Part shown: one piece after another, positions 46,153 to 55,934 of the stretch
How positions within the stretch are numbered: the first letter of the stretch is position 1
Layout of the letters: every line of letters starts with the position of its first letter
NCBI GenBank assembly: GCA_964576685.1
Contig: CAZNVC010000004.1
Coordinates: 1 to 58,298 of the forward strand
Direction: 5' to 3'
DNA length: 58,298 bases
From: an uncultured Candidatus Saccharibacteria bacterium
Lineage (GTDB): Bacteria > Patescibacteriota > Minisyncoccia > Phycocordibacterales > UBA5272
Notes under the pieces: model-generated
The model's database searches: none
What the model saw: the letters and a program-made list of their open reading frames with translations, nothing else
What the model was told of the DNA's origin: nothing
Position numbers and translations under genes: made by a program

Positions 46153-46395
46153 TTATTTGCTACAGCTGGCTCTCGTAGTGAAGTAACTTTGAGACATTGG
46201 TCGACGATAGTCACTCAACCAACCATAGGTTCGCACATAGCGTAGTCTTACTTCGTAGAACTCCAACCAAACGTAGGACTTCGTTCCTTCAAATACATCA
46301 AAATGTACACAAACAGGGAAAAGAGCAAATCTTCTTTCCCAGGATCCAAGTGAAGATTTTTCTGTTGTCTTGTTTATAGGTCTATAAAAAATCAT
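46153..46395 (-). CDS. Small hypothetical protein (orphan)
   Basis: ATG at 46395 preceded by GGGAGG. No recognisable family. Confidence 0.45.
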   Translation of the reverse strand: MIFYRPINKTTEKSSLGSWERRFALFPVCVHFDVFEGTKSYVWLEFYEVRLRYVRTYGWLSDYRRPMSQSYFTTRASCSK

Positions 46396-46560
46396 GCATC
46401 CTCCCAAGTGAAGGGGTACGGTACACGAAAACGTACTTGTAGCATACTAAACCAGAACTTACACTATAGCAAGCATATGCCACAAGAAAATTGACAATAT
46501 AAGATTATAGTTGTATATTATTTATTGTCATAGTTCGTTACGTTACAAGGAAATAAGGGA

Positions 46561-46890
46561 ATGAAATCAAAATGGTACCAACTCCTTGGGGTATTTGTGT
46601 ACAAACTCACAGGATATAGCCTCCCACACGTTCTCTTTTTCAAAGCAGATGAAAAGCTGGATATCCTAGCTGAGAACGTGACCTTCGTAGCAGAGGTTGC
46701 CTCCTCCTCGCAGTCATATGCTCAAAAACTAAAAGAATTTGTTGTTGGAGAGAAAGGGGAGACACTTCGTAAATATCTAGAACCATACAGTGCATATCCA
46801 ACTGTGCACAAGTGGCCACCAACAGAAAGGGAGTACACAAGAAAGTATGCGGCCATGCAGTTGGTAGCCTATACAAGGGAAATACAGTAA
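46561..46890 (+). CDS. Hypothetical protein (orphan)
   Basis: 109-aa ORF with AAGGGA before the ATG. Terminator follows. Confidence 0.45.
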   Translation: MKSKWYQLLGVFVYKLTGYSLPHVLFFKADEKLDILAENVTFVAEVASSSQSYAQKLKEFVVGEKGETLRKYLEPYSAYPTVHKWPPTEREYTRKYAAMQLVAYTREIQ

Positions 46891-46918
46891 CCCTTGTGCT
46901 CGATACGTGAGAATAATA

Positions 46919-46947
46919 AAAAGCGACACCGAAGGTGTCGCTTTTTT
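46919..46947. terminator. Bidirectional terminator
   Basis: Stem aaaagcgacacc-gaa-ggtgtcgctttt. Confidence 0.8.
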
Positions 46948-46971
46948 CTTTTCCATGTCTCACACGTTGTC

Positions 46972-47784
46972 TTAGTGATCAGTATCAATTTTCTTTGACA
47001 ATGCAAGTGCACCATAGAGCCCACCAAAGTCCTTGAGGGTTCCGCGTATAAAGATGGGAGCTTTTGGATACCGCTTGAGAAATTGCTTTGCTTCTTTTTC
47101 GATAATTTCGATATGAAGGTCATTCATCACAGGGCCACCGTACACAATAATCGATGGCGACCAGTACATCGTAGTGTTGGCACCAAAGATTCCAGCATAG
47201 TGGTTAATTTTCTCCCATAGTGCAACATCATGTACTTCGTGGGAGGGTTTACCGAAACGCTTTTCAAGTGCGCCACCTCCTATAAGGCTCTCCACATCAC
47301 GATGTCCTTCTATATCGATAATAGTGTGCCCAATCTCGAAACCATACGTATTACGGTCAATATTTCCATCGACAATCCTCACACCGTTTACTCCTGTACT
47401 AATCGTGATATACGCAACGATAGGATGATCCTTTCCTGCACCAAACACAGCTTCGCCTAATCCGACGAGCGCAGTGTCGTTCTGTAGAATCGCAGGGCAA
47501 TCAAAGAGTTTCTCGAGACGTTCCTTGATAGGTTTTTCTTTCCAGTCGGGAAGGTTAGGAGTCATTATTATGGTTCCTGTTTCTGTGAGTGTACCAGGGA
47601 CGCCTGAGACAACTCCATGAATTTTTCTTCCTTGCGATAACGAAGATGCTGCTTCTTTCAATTGTACTATCCACTCTTCAAAATCTTGTGGTGTTGGAAA
47701 CACAACAGGCTCATGAAAAGCTTCTCGATGTTCAGTGATCGCTACACGTGTTTTTGTTCCCCCGATATCAATTAGTATATACAT
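46972..47784 (-). CDS. ROK-family sugar kinase (glucokinase-like)
   Basis: N-terminus ILIDIGGTKTRVA and the ROK-type glycine-rich segment. Last gene of the glycogen operon. Confidence 0.7.
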   Translation of the reverse strand: MYILIDIGGTKTRVAITEHREAFHEPVVFPTPQDFEEWIVQLKEAASSLSQGRKIHGVVSGVPGTLTETGTIIMTPNLPDWKEKPIKERLEKLFDCPAILQNDTALVGLGEAVFGAGKDHPIVAYITISTGVNGVRIVDGNIDRNTYGFEIGHTIIDIEGHRDVESLIGGGALEKRFGKPSHEVHDVALWEKINHYAGIFGANTTMYWSPSIIVYGGPVMNDLHIEIIEKEAKQFLKRYPKAPIFIRGTLKDFGGLYGALALSKKIDTDH

Positions 47785-47796
47785 AACTCAGTAGTG

Positions 47797-49761
47797 CTAT
47801 TTTTTACAAATTCCGAACCGTTCCAATGCTTCATGATAGTACATGAACGTTCGGATGTATTCAGCATGACTCCACGTGAGTGGTGTTGCTGATATTTGTT
47901 CTCCAGTAAAAGGATGGAGTTGCTCGGAGAGCACACCTGAAAGAGGGGAGTGAGTGACGGACCAGTTAAGCCAGTACGTAACTATGTCTAAGTCTTCTAC
48001 TCTCCTTGCACTACGTGCATAGTATTGTGCAAGCCATAAGGTGGTGATGTACCATGGGTTTGGCACTCCATCAACCTGTACATAGTATCTATCTCCTTCA
48101 TATCGAGGAACACCGTCTATTCCTGTATGAAGTCGTAGTTTTTCTTCTATTGTCTTTATTGACTCTTCAACAATAGGATCATCAATATCAAGTACTCCGT
48201 AGGTATAGATGGCGTGAATACTCGACATATCAATTGTCTTATCATATTCAATACCCCCATTCTTCTTATTAAGAAGCTTAATGAACATTTTGAGGTCTTT
48301 ATCGTAGAGATGAGTAAGAATTGCCTCTCTCATTCTAAGAGCTGTACTTTCAAAAAGTTTTTCATCATCCTCCTTTTCGAAAAGATGCGCGAACTTCGCC
48401 CCAGCCATGAGTCCCGCATACACTGATGCTGAGGTAAACGTGGATACTCCATGCTTCTCTTCCCATAAGTCATAGCTTGGAAGTGGAAGTCCGGTTGTTG
48501 GATCAGTAAAATCAGTAAGGAAAGTCGCCATTTTCTTAATAACAGTATTGTAATGCCCTTCAATGAATTCAATATCCTTTGTTTTTTGGTAATATTCCCA
48601 GAGAGCGACAAGAACAAGTGCTGTTTCATCTTCTTGAATAGGGAGAATAGGAACACCTTCTTTAATGAAAGGGTGCCATGAACTGCCAAGAGATTTGTCT
48701 GCACGATATTTGTGCATAAGATATCCATCAGTTTCAATCACATCATTACAAAATTTGAAAAAATGCTTTGAAATATTATATTCACCTACCATAAGGAGCG
48801 TCATCACGGTGAGTGCCCCATCACGTGGCCACACGTAACTGTATGTGTCTCTTCCGTGTTTAAGCATATCTGAATCGCCTGAGGCAATAATCGCGCCACG
48901 ATTATCGATGTTACCACGCACATAGAAAAGTGATTTTTTAAAAAGATCAAGTTGTCGTGATTCTGTGATGTCACAATGAAGATAGTCCTGACGGTTGAGC
49001 CATGCCTTCCAAAACTTCGTAGTGCTTTCTATAAGATGTTCTGGGGTTTTGAATTTAACATAATCATGTAGTTCATAGACTTCAGTTTTTGTTTCTCCAA
49101 CAGTAATCCAATAATAGAGTTTCTTGTTCTCATTTTTATGTAGTGTAAAGGAAAGAGAAAAAGTTGAATCAACATGCCCGTGCTCGATAGGATTCCTTGA
49201 GAGTATTCCATCTTCAGCGTCCTTCCATGTTCCTTCTCGCCCTTCAATGCCAGAAAGTCCTACACAGTAATCATTAAATGGAATATCGCTCGTTTCTCCA
49301 TACACAAGGAAAACTCGACGTCCTTCGTAGTGGATGAGGGTGTTTTTTACTGGATCGTAATAGGAGGTATCTTCTTGAAGTGTTCCGTAGAGTGAGAATA
49401 CCTGATGAAAGAAGATTTTTATTTCCTCAGTGTGATCGCCGTGATTAATCACTTCTACTTCACGAATGAATATATTTTTTTCGTTATACACTACGTTGGT
49501 AAAAAGAAGTTCGAGATTAGTGCTCTTATTGAAACATTTCATTTTCCCAATGAAGGTATCGTTTTCGAGATCAATCTCAACATTCCATTCACCGCTATCT
49601 AGCCACGAGATTCTTCCCCTTTGCCATACTCCAACACGATGTGTTTCTCCTCGCACTTGATTTTCTGTACCGACATAAGGAAAGAAGAAATCACTTACAA
49701 AGCCGTGACTATCAAGTCCGACAAAGATGTTTCCATTTGCAAGGATAAGTGATTTTGCCAT
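47797..49761 (-). CDS. Glycoside hydrolase family 15 (glucoamylase/glucodextranase-like)
   Basis: YSYVWPRDGA motif, (alpha/alpha)6 catalytic domain pattern, N-terminal beta-sandwich. Confidence 0.8.
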   Translation of the reverse strand: MAKSLILANGNIFVGLDSHGFVSDFFFPYVGTENQVRGETHRVGVWQRGRISWLDSGEWNVEIDLENDTFIGKMKCFNKSTNLELLFTNVVYNEKNIFIREVEVINHGDHTEEIKIFFHQVFSLYGTLQEDTSYYDPVKNTLIHYEGRRVFLVYGETSDIPFNDYCVGLSGIEGREGTWKDAEDGILSRNPIEHGHVDSTFSLSFTLHKNENKKLYYWITVGETKTEVYELHDYVKFKTPEHLIESTTKFWKAWLNRQDYLHCDITESRQLDLFKKSLFYVRGNIDNRGAIIASGDSDMLKHGRDTYSYVWPRDGALTVMTLLMVGEYNISKHFFKFCNDVIETDGYLMHKYRADKSLGSSWHPFIKEGVPILPIQEDETALVLVALWEYYQKTKDIEFIEGHYNTVIKKMATFLTDFTDPTTGLPLPSYDLWEEKHGVSTFTSASVYAGLMAGAKFAHLFEKEDDEKLFESTALRMREAILTHLYDKDLKMFIKLLNKKNGGIEYDKTIDMSSIHAIYTYGVLDIDDPIVEESIKTIEEKLRLHTGIDGVPRYEGDRYYVQVDGVPNPWYITTLWLAQYYARSARRVEDLDIVTYWLNWSVTHSPLSGVLSEQLHPFTGEQISATPLTWSHAEYIRTFMYYHEALERFGICKK

Positions 49762-49768
49762 ACGTGGT

Positions 49769-50965
49769 TTATGTTATTTTAGCTCGCATCTTAAGATCAG
49801 TGAGCGCGTTAGTAAACGCGATAAATGCTTCGTAAGGGGATTCATATGGGGAGAAGTATTTATGTACATCGCCATCAGCAAACCATTTCGTGCACATGTA
49901 ATATACGTGGTCAGATGTTTGGAGTTTTCGCCAATCATCGATAAGTACCTTGTCTTTTGTTGCAAGAATTTTTTCTTCAATACGATATAGCTCCGATAGC
50001 GAGGATTGTTGCATACTATTTCCTGTCCATGCAGAGAGATCGCGTTCGGTATCAGCCCAGGTGACAATATGTGGCATATCAATGGTATCTTTTGCGGAGT
50101 ATGCCTTACATGTTTCTGTGAGTGTCTTGAAACCATTATCTTTATTCTTAAGAATCTCCTTTGGAAAATGTTTTAAGAACTCAAAGATACCAGTGCTCTC
50201 CCATTGGTGTTCACCGAATGTTTCATAATCCATGAAAAGGTTGATGGTTTCACCGTTCCCGTTGACTGCATTTACCCACTGTGCGAATTTATCGGCGGTA
50301 AGTGGCCATTCTGACCAATTCTTATCACTAAAACGGAACGCGATGTCATCAGAAAGGCGATAGTTCTTAAGTAGCAATTTTATTTTTGAAGTTCCTTGTG
50401 GTTGATAGACAAAGTTCGACGATCTCCATCCCAAGATAGGGTCCCATCCTTCAGCAATGATACCTTTATACCCGTTATCTTCTGCCCACTTCGCAAGGTC
50501 ATTACGGTAGGCGAGTTCGGTATTAGAAAATACTTTTGGTGTGACACCAAAGATACGCTTGAGAATTTTATTTTGGAGCTTTACTTGAGCCTCGAATTCA
50601 GCGAGTGAATAATAAAATGAAAGTGAGTGGTAGTAGGTTTCACCAAGTACTTCCACACGACCAGTGTCGACAAGTTTTTTGAATGTTTGTAGTGTCGCTG
50701 GAGCATGTTTCTCGAGTTGCTCAAGGAGTGTTCCTGAAAGAGAGATACTAAAGGTGAACTCGGGATGCTTCTTGAGAAGTTCAAGGAGGATTTTGTTGGT
50801 AGGTTTGTATGACTTCTCACAAATTTTCTTGAGAATCTTAACATTATTCGTGTTTGCTTCTCCGTTGTCATTAAAATATTCATGGTCATACCCAACATCA
50901 AACGCACGATAGTGTTTTATACGAAAAGGTTGATGGGTTTTTAGGTAGAGTGCAATTGTTGGCAT
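49769..50965 (-). CDS. Glycoside hydrolase family 57 (alpha-amylase/glucanotransferase-like)
   Basis: Start MPTIALYLKTHQP, plus SLSGTLLEQL and DYETFGEHQW motifs. The start is trimmed to the ATG 5 nt after the upstream stop. Confidence 0.75.
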   Translation of the reverse strand: MPTIALYLKTHQPFRIKHYRAFDVGYDHEYFNDNGEANTNNVKILKKICEKSYKPTNKILLELLKKHPEFTFSISLSGTLLEQLEKHAPATLQTFKKLVDTGRVEVLGETYYHSLSFYYSLAEFEAQVKLQNKILKRIFGVTPKVFSNTELAYRNDLAKWAEDNGYKGIIAEGWDPILGWRSSNFVYQPQGTSKIKLLLKNYRLSDDIAFRFSDKNWSEWPLTADKFAQWVNAVNGNGETINLFMDYETFGEHQWESTGIFEFLKHFPKEILKNKDNGFKTLTETCKAYSAKDTIDMPHIVTWADTERDLSAWTGNSMQQSSLSELYRIEEKILATKDKVLIDDWRKLQTSDHVYYMCTKWFADGDVHKYFSPYESPYEAFIAFTNALTDLKMRAKIT

Positions 50966-50970
50966 GATAG

Positions 50971-52224
50971 TTAGGTTATTGTTTGATAAAGGGCTTTCAT
51001 TTTTTTCGCTGCTTTGTCCCATGTGATTCCTCCCACTTGCCGTAATCCTTCTTTTTGTAATGTTTCTTTGAGAACCGGATGACTAAGGACTGCGAGGATT
51101 TTGTTTGCTGTCTCATCGGTATCCCAGAAGTCTACTTTGAGTGCGTGGGAGATAACCTCCGCTACTCCTGATTGTTTAGAGACAATCACCGGAGTCCCAT
51201 TACTCATTGACTCAAGTGGAATAATACCGAACGGTTCTGATACAGATGGCATCACCACCACATCTGCAAGTGAGAAGAGGCTTGCTTGTTCATTTAAGGT
51301 GTAGTATCCAGTAAACAAGAAATGATGACTGATTCCTAAGTGAGCGGTTAATGCGATAATTTGTTGCTCCATATCACCTGATCCCGCTACGATAAAGTAT
51401 ACATCCTTTTTGTACTCAAGAACCTTCTTTGCAGCGTGGACAAAGTAGTCCACACCTTTTTGAATAGTAATTCTGCCGGCAAAGAGAACAACTTTCTTTC
51501 CGTCACGTTTAAGTTGTTGTAGTGATGCAAAGCGAGAACTTGTTTCTTGAGTAGAAGGAGTGTTGCCATTATGAACAACAGTGATCTTATCTGGATGTAT
51601 GCCGTACTTTTCCACAACAATTCTCTTGGTAAGCTCACTCACGGTGATAACATGATCTGCTTTGTGCATACCATGGCGCTCACGGTCGTAGACTTGCTGG
51701 TTAACATGATTTCCTCCACAGCGGTCAAACTCTGTTGCATGAACGTGAACGATAAGAGGTTTTCCTGTGAGCTCCTTTGCAGCGATGCCAGCAGGAAAAC
51801 AGAGCCAATCATGAGCATGAATAACATCGTATTGTTCGAGCTCCTCCTTTGAAAGTGTTTTTACAAGAGTTCCATAGTAGTCAACTTGTTCAATAAGTGT
51901 TCGTGGAACTATCTTCCCTCCAGCTTGTATAAAAAATTTAAGTCGCTTCTCATATTCTACTGAAGTAAGGTATGGGTTTTGGAGTTCACGTGCAAGCACT
52001 TCGAGGTGTGGAAGAATAGTGGTTTCGGTACTTGATATTTTCTCATCGGCGAACTTGAGGAGCACTTTTTGTTCTTTAATGGCAAGTTTCCTGGGAAGCA
52101 CAAAACACACATGAACATCATTGTCTATGAGTGCATGCGCCATGCCTTTGCAAGCAACGCCTAACCCACCGCTGTGGTGTGGAGGGTATTCCCATCCAAA
52201 CATAAGAACTTTTTTAGCGGACAT
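50971..52224 (-). CDS. Glycogen synthase-like glycosyltransferase (GT-B fold)
   Basis: N-terminus KVLMFGWEYPPHHSGGLGVA and the C-terminal Glycos_transf_1 motif SEPFGI. ATG 52224 lies 10 nt after TATACT (52235-52240, minus strand). Confidence 0.7.
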   Translation of the reverse strand: MSAKKVLMFGWEYPPHHSGGLGVACKGMAHALIDNDVHVCFVLPRKLAIKEQKVLLKFADEKISSTETTILPHLEVLARELQNPYLTSVEYEKRLKFFIQAGGKIVPRTLIEQVDYYGTLVKTLSKEELEQYDVIHAHDWLCFPAGIAAKELTGKPLIVHVHATEFDRCGGNHVNQQVYDRERHGMHKADHVITVSELTKRIVVEKYGIHPDKITVVHNGNTPSTQETSSRFASLQQLKRDGKKVVLFAGRITIQKGVDYFVHAAKKVLEYKKDVYFIVAGSGDMEQQIIALTAHLGISHHFLFTGYYTLNEQASLFSLADVVVMPSVSEPFGIIPLESMSNGTPVIVSKQSGVAEVISHALKVDFWDTDETANKILAVLSHPVLKETLQKEGLRQVGGITWDKAAKKMKALYQTIT

Positions 52225-52331
52225 TACATGCACAAGTATAGCCTGTATTCGCTTGTGTTTAAAAGGTATAACTCGAAAATTCTTGTGTATAAGTGAAGAA
52301 AAATAAAAGTGTAGAGACTAAAAATAATATA

Positions 52332-53234
52332 CTATTTCAAAAAATCATAAAAACCTTTACTTATAAGCGTTTTTCCATCATCACATATGACAATATACTC
52401 AAGGTGTGTTGTTGCGGATAATTTTTCTACCAAAGTCTTTTCGTCAGCGAGAATACAAAATACAGTGGCGTACATGTCCGTGGTAGTAGTATCATCGCCA
52501 ATGACATATGATGCCGACCACACTTCCTTCTCTGCAATGAAATGGTTTACTTCCTTCCCGTCCTTGTTCCATCGTCGTTTGAATGATGATGATGCACAAA
52601 ATGCTTTGTTCTTGAGGTGAATTTCGTAAATATATTCACCCTCATGTATCGGATGCTCAAGAAAGAGTTCAACTGGATCTCCGTGGTTACTGGTGACATA
52701 GATATCTCCTCCTCCATTGATCAAAAAAAACGGAATATGGAATTCGTCTTTAATGATTCGAGCGAGTTTGTCAATAAGATACCCTTTACCTATCCCGCCG
52801 AGATCAATTCCTTTGTTACCAAGAAGTGTGATAGTGTGGGCATCGATACGAACCGCACTCTTGTCTTCATCGTGATCGTGTGTACCTTTTTCTCTGGTCT
52901 TATGTTGTGCCCCGTACCCTTTTTCTTCTAACGCTTCTTTAATGAATAGAGAAAAAACATTATTAGTAGAACGAGAAACCTCTTCTGCTTTTTTTAGCAT
53001 CACCGCTAAATCCTCATCGTATGGCACAACTTTCTTAGTGTTGAGTTCTGTAAGAAAGGAATCATCGCTGAAGCGAGAATATCTATTCCCAAAATCGGTA
53101 ATCGTACTTTCTAGTCGCTGTTGTAGCTTCACAAAGGGAAGAGTTTCAATCTCATGATCATGTAAAAAGAGCTCGATAGAAAAGATCGTACCGAGCCCTT
53201 TATAGTGTTCAAGGATCAAGTATGGCTTAGCCAT
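52332..53234 (-). CDS. apbE: FAD:protein FMN transferase (ApbE family)
   Basis: DLGGIGKGYLIDK and INGGGDIYV motifs. Confidence 0.8.
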   Translation of the reverse strand: MAKPYLILEHYKGLGTIFSIELFLHDHEIETLPFVKLQQRLESTITDFGNRYSRFSDDSFLTELNTKKVVPYDEDLAVMLKKAEEVSRSTNNVFSLFIKEALEEKGYGAQHKTREKGTHDHDEDKSAVRIDAHTITLLGNKGIDLGGIGKGYLIDKLARIIKDEFHIPFFLINGGGDIYVTSNHGDPVELFLEHPIHEGEYIYEIHLKNKAFCASSSFKRRWNKDGKEVNHFIAEKEVWSASYVIGDDTTTTDMYATVFCILADEKTLVEKLSATTHLEYIVICDDGKTLISKGFYDFLK

Positions 53235-53700
53235 TTGATACCTCTGCTTTTATCTTTCCGACAGCCTCCATGAAAGCGTTTGTCGTGAGTGATGCACCTC
53301 CTATGCGAGAAAGTGACACATCAGACAATTTTTTTCCTTTAAATGAGAGTGCGGTAAACGCTCTCTGGAAATTCGCAATATTTTCCTTTGACTCTCTCTT
53401 CTTTGCCGGGTCAGCAGTGAAAGTAATATCATTGATGGTGTCACCAGAAAGATTAATCGTTACGTGAATCACCCCACTTCCTTCTTCTGGGGTCACGTAG
53501 GTAACATCCGCAGAGTATGAGTGTGCTGGAATTTGATTTTGTGCAACTGCCTGCTCGTTGGTTGTGGTGGTTTGTGTGGTTGCAGTTGTCTGTTGTGTAG
53601 TCCCAGAAGTTGGGGTGCCACTTTGTGTGTAGTAATAGGTAACCGAAGCGCCTGCAATAATGAGGACGACTAGTAATAAAAATTTTTGTTCTTTTGTCAT
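53227..53700 (-). CDS. Membrane-anchored FMN-binding-domain-like protein (candidate ApbE substrate)
   Basis: N-terminal TM and a Thr/Gln-rich linker. C-terminal LSRIGGASLTTNAF resembles the flavinylation motif. ATG 53700 lies 7 nt after TATAAT (53708-53713, minus strand). Confidence 0.5.
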   Translation of the reverse strand: MTKEQKFLLLVVLIIAGASVTYYYTQSGTPTSGTTQQTTATTQTTTTNEQAVAQNQIPAHSYSADVTYVTPEEGSGVIHVTINLSGDTINDITFTADPAKKRESKENIANFQRAFTALSFKGKKLSDVSLSRIGGASLTTNAFMEAVGKIKAEVSNG

Positions 53701-53863
53701 GTACACTATTATACGTTACAAGTGTGATATTTATTTCACAAGAAATCCACACCACTCATACTCTTGATTATTTCCGGTCATCAAAGCTTGCATAATTCTA
53801 AGAAAAGGCTAGTATACATAACGGATTTGCTCATTTTTCAACCTAAAGAAAGAAGGTACTGTC

Positions 53864-55417
53864 ATGACAGGAATCGGAAGAAGACAGGTTCGTGGCGGAG
53901 AGAGGCCTGCGGTTAAAAAGCTTATCAACAATGGGAACAAGAACACAATTGCTGTGAAAGCGTTGCCGGCACATATTCCAACTCCAAAAGTGCCAACAAA
54001 AAAACGCTTATATGTTATTGATACTAACGTTTTTATGCATGATCCACGATGCCTCTTTCGTTTTCAAGAACACGATATCTATGTTCCTAAAATGGTTCTC
54101 GAAGAACTCGACAACCACAAGAAGGGACATGATGAAATCAACAGAAATGTCCGGGAAGTTGCGAGAACCCTTGAGAGACTTGTTTCTCAAAATGGTGTGG
54201 TGATTAAGGATGGGGTTCCCCTCCTTGGCCCATCTGGAGGGATTGCTTCCGGAAGTCTCTTTTTGCAGATGGAAGAACTCGCGAATCATTCTGGTGAAGA
54301 TAAGCCAGACAACAAAATTCTTGCAGTAGTCTCTTTTCTTGTGGAACAGAAGAAAAATATATGTGAAGTTGTTCTTGTGTCAAGAGACACTATGATGCGG
54401 ATCAAAGGTCGCGCATCAGGAATGATCGTCGAAGACTATCATAGTGATGTTGTCATCGAAGATACTGATCTCCTGTATAGCGGTATCTACACATGCCCAC
54501 CTGATTTTTGGACCAAGTATGCATTGTCTTCTTGGACAGAAGGGCACACTAACTACTACAGGATTTCGCATCCCTTGGTTAAAAGTTTGTGGCCAAATCA
54601 GTTTGTGTACAGTGTGGTAGATGGGAAAGTGAGTGCAGGTAGGCTTACCGAAAAAGAAGGTAAGGGAGCTGCAATTTTTCAAGTCCCCATCGATCATACC
54701 AAAGAGAAACATAGTGTGAGTGGGATTATTGCACGAAATCCTGAGCAGAGTTTTGCACTGAGTCTTCTGCTTAATCCAGAAATTGATTTTGTCACCTTAG
54801 TTGGTCAAGCGGGCTCTGGTAAGACGCTTCTTGCACTTGCGGCTGGGATTGCGCAGGTGGTAGACGGTGATCGCTATAGCGAAATTATTATCACTCGTAT
54901 TACTGTTCCTGTTGGTGAGGATATCGGTTATCTTCCCGGAAATGAAGATGAAAAAATGAATCCGTGGATGGGAGCACTCGAAGATAATCTCGAGGTCCTT
55001 TCTGAGGTTTCGTCAACATCTTCACAGAAAAAGTTTCAAAAAGGTTCACTTAATGATTTTCAGAAATTAAAAGAGGTAAGTCGAAGCGACAGAAAAGAAC
55101 TGCTTCGCTCTCGTATTAAGGTAAAATCAATGAGCTTTATGCGGGGGAGAACATTCTTAAGAAAGTTCGTTATTATCGATGAAGTTCAGAATTTGACGGC
55201 GAAACAAGCAAAGACGCTCGTGACCCGCGCAGGTCCTGGGACGAAGATTGTCTGTCTTGGTAATTTGTCACAAATCGATACTCCGTATCTTACCGAAGGG
55301 TCATCGGGGCTTACCCACCTCGTTGATCGCTTTAGGAATTGGGAACACAGTGGAAGCATTACTTTGGTGAAAGGTGAGCGTTCACGTCTCGCAAGTTATG
55401 CAAATGATGCTCTCTAG
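53864..55417 (+). CDS. PhoH2-type protein (N-terminal PIN domain fused to PhoH ATPase)
   Basis: PIN segments YVIDTNVFMHDP and EELD. Walker A GQAGSGKTLLA, Walker B FVIIDEVQN. Confidence 0.9.
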   Translation: MTGIGRRQVRGGERPAVKKLINNGNKNTIAVKALPAHIPTPKVPTKKRLYVIDTNVFMHDPRCLFRFQEHDIYVPKMVLEELDNHKKGHDEINRNVREVARTLERLVSQNGVVIKDGVPLLGPSGGIASGSLFLQMEELANHSGEDKPDNKILAVVSFLVEQKKNICEVVLVSRDTMMRIKGRASGMIVEDYHSDVVIEDTDLLYSGIYTCPPDFWTKYALSSWTEGHTNYYRISHPLVKSLWPNQFVYSVVDGKVSAGRLTEKEGKGAAIFQVPIDHTKEKHSVSGIIARNPEQSFALSLLLNPEIDFVTLVGQAGSGKTLLALAAGIAQVVDGDRYSEIIITRITVPVGEDIGYLPGNEDEKMNPWMGALEDNLEVLSEVSSTSSQKKFQKGSLNDFQKLKEVSRSDRKELLRSRIKVKSMSFMRGRTFLRKFVIIDEVQNLTAKQAKTLVTRAGPGTKIVCLGNLSQIDTPYLTEGSSGLTHLVDRFRNWEHSGSITLVKGERSRLASYANDAL

Positions 55418-55433
55418 AAGAGTCTAGAGAGTC

Positions 55434-55466
55434 AAAAGGTGATTCGCTTCGCGAATCACCTTTTTA
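55434..55466 (+). terminator. Rho-independent terminator
   Basis: aaaaggtgattcgc-ttc-gcgaatcacctttt. Confidence 0.8.
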
Positions 55467-55478
55467 TATTTTACAAAT

Positions 55479-55511
55479 TCAAAATGCCTGACTGCTTCGC
55501 AGTCAGGCATT
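55479..55511 (-). terminator. Rho-independent terminator (minus strand)
   Basis: 13-bp stem aatgcctgactgc/gcagtcaggcatt. The T-tract is on the minus strand. Confidence 0.75.
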
Positions 55512-55539
55512 GTTTGAAGGGAAGAGTTTCGAGAGCTCT

Positions 55540-55827
55540 CTAGGCTCTCAGCTCTTGTTCTTCTTGACGGTCAGGGAACTTTGGTTGTGATTCTTGGACC
55601 TCGTTACACGTTTTCGAACAGACACCACTGTTGTCCAATCTCCAGTCACTTTGGTTGAGGTCACTGTAGCGTCCATAGAACGCATTGTAGACCGTCTTAC
55701 CACACTGGATACAGGTACCAATCACTTCCCCTTTGTTCTTTTGGGGATTATTGGTGGGTGAGGTATCTTGTTCCACGTATGACTCCCGAAGTTCCTGAAA
55801 GGATTTCACAGACCTTTTTTTCGCCAT
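55540..55827 (-). CDS. Small Cys-containing (zinc-ribbon-like) hypothetical protein
   Basis: ATG 55827 preceded by GGAG. Contains CIQCGK ... CSKTC. Confidence 0.45.
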   Translation of the reverse strand: MAKKRSVKSFQELRESYVEQDTSPTNNPQKNKGEVIGTCIQCGKTVYNAFYGRYSDLNQSDWRLDNSGVCSKTCNEVQESQPKFPDRQEEQELRA

Positions 55828-55934
55828 GCACACTCCACACGGTATGGAAAGAACCATCCACACTCTACTCTTCTTAGGAAAAATCGTCAAGGATATTGTG
55901 GTAAAATTAATGTGTACATCACAATAAATAATAT

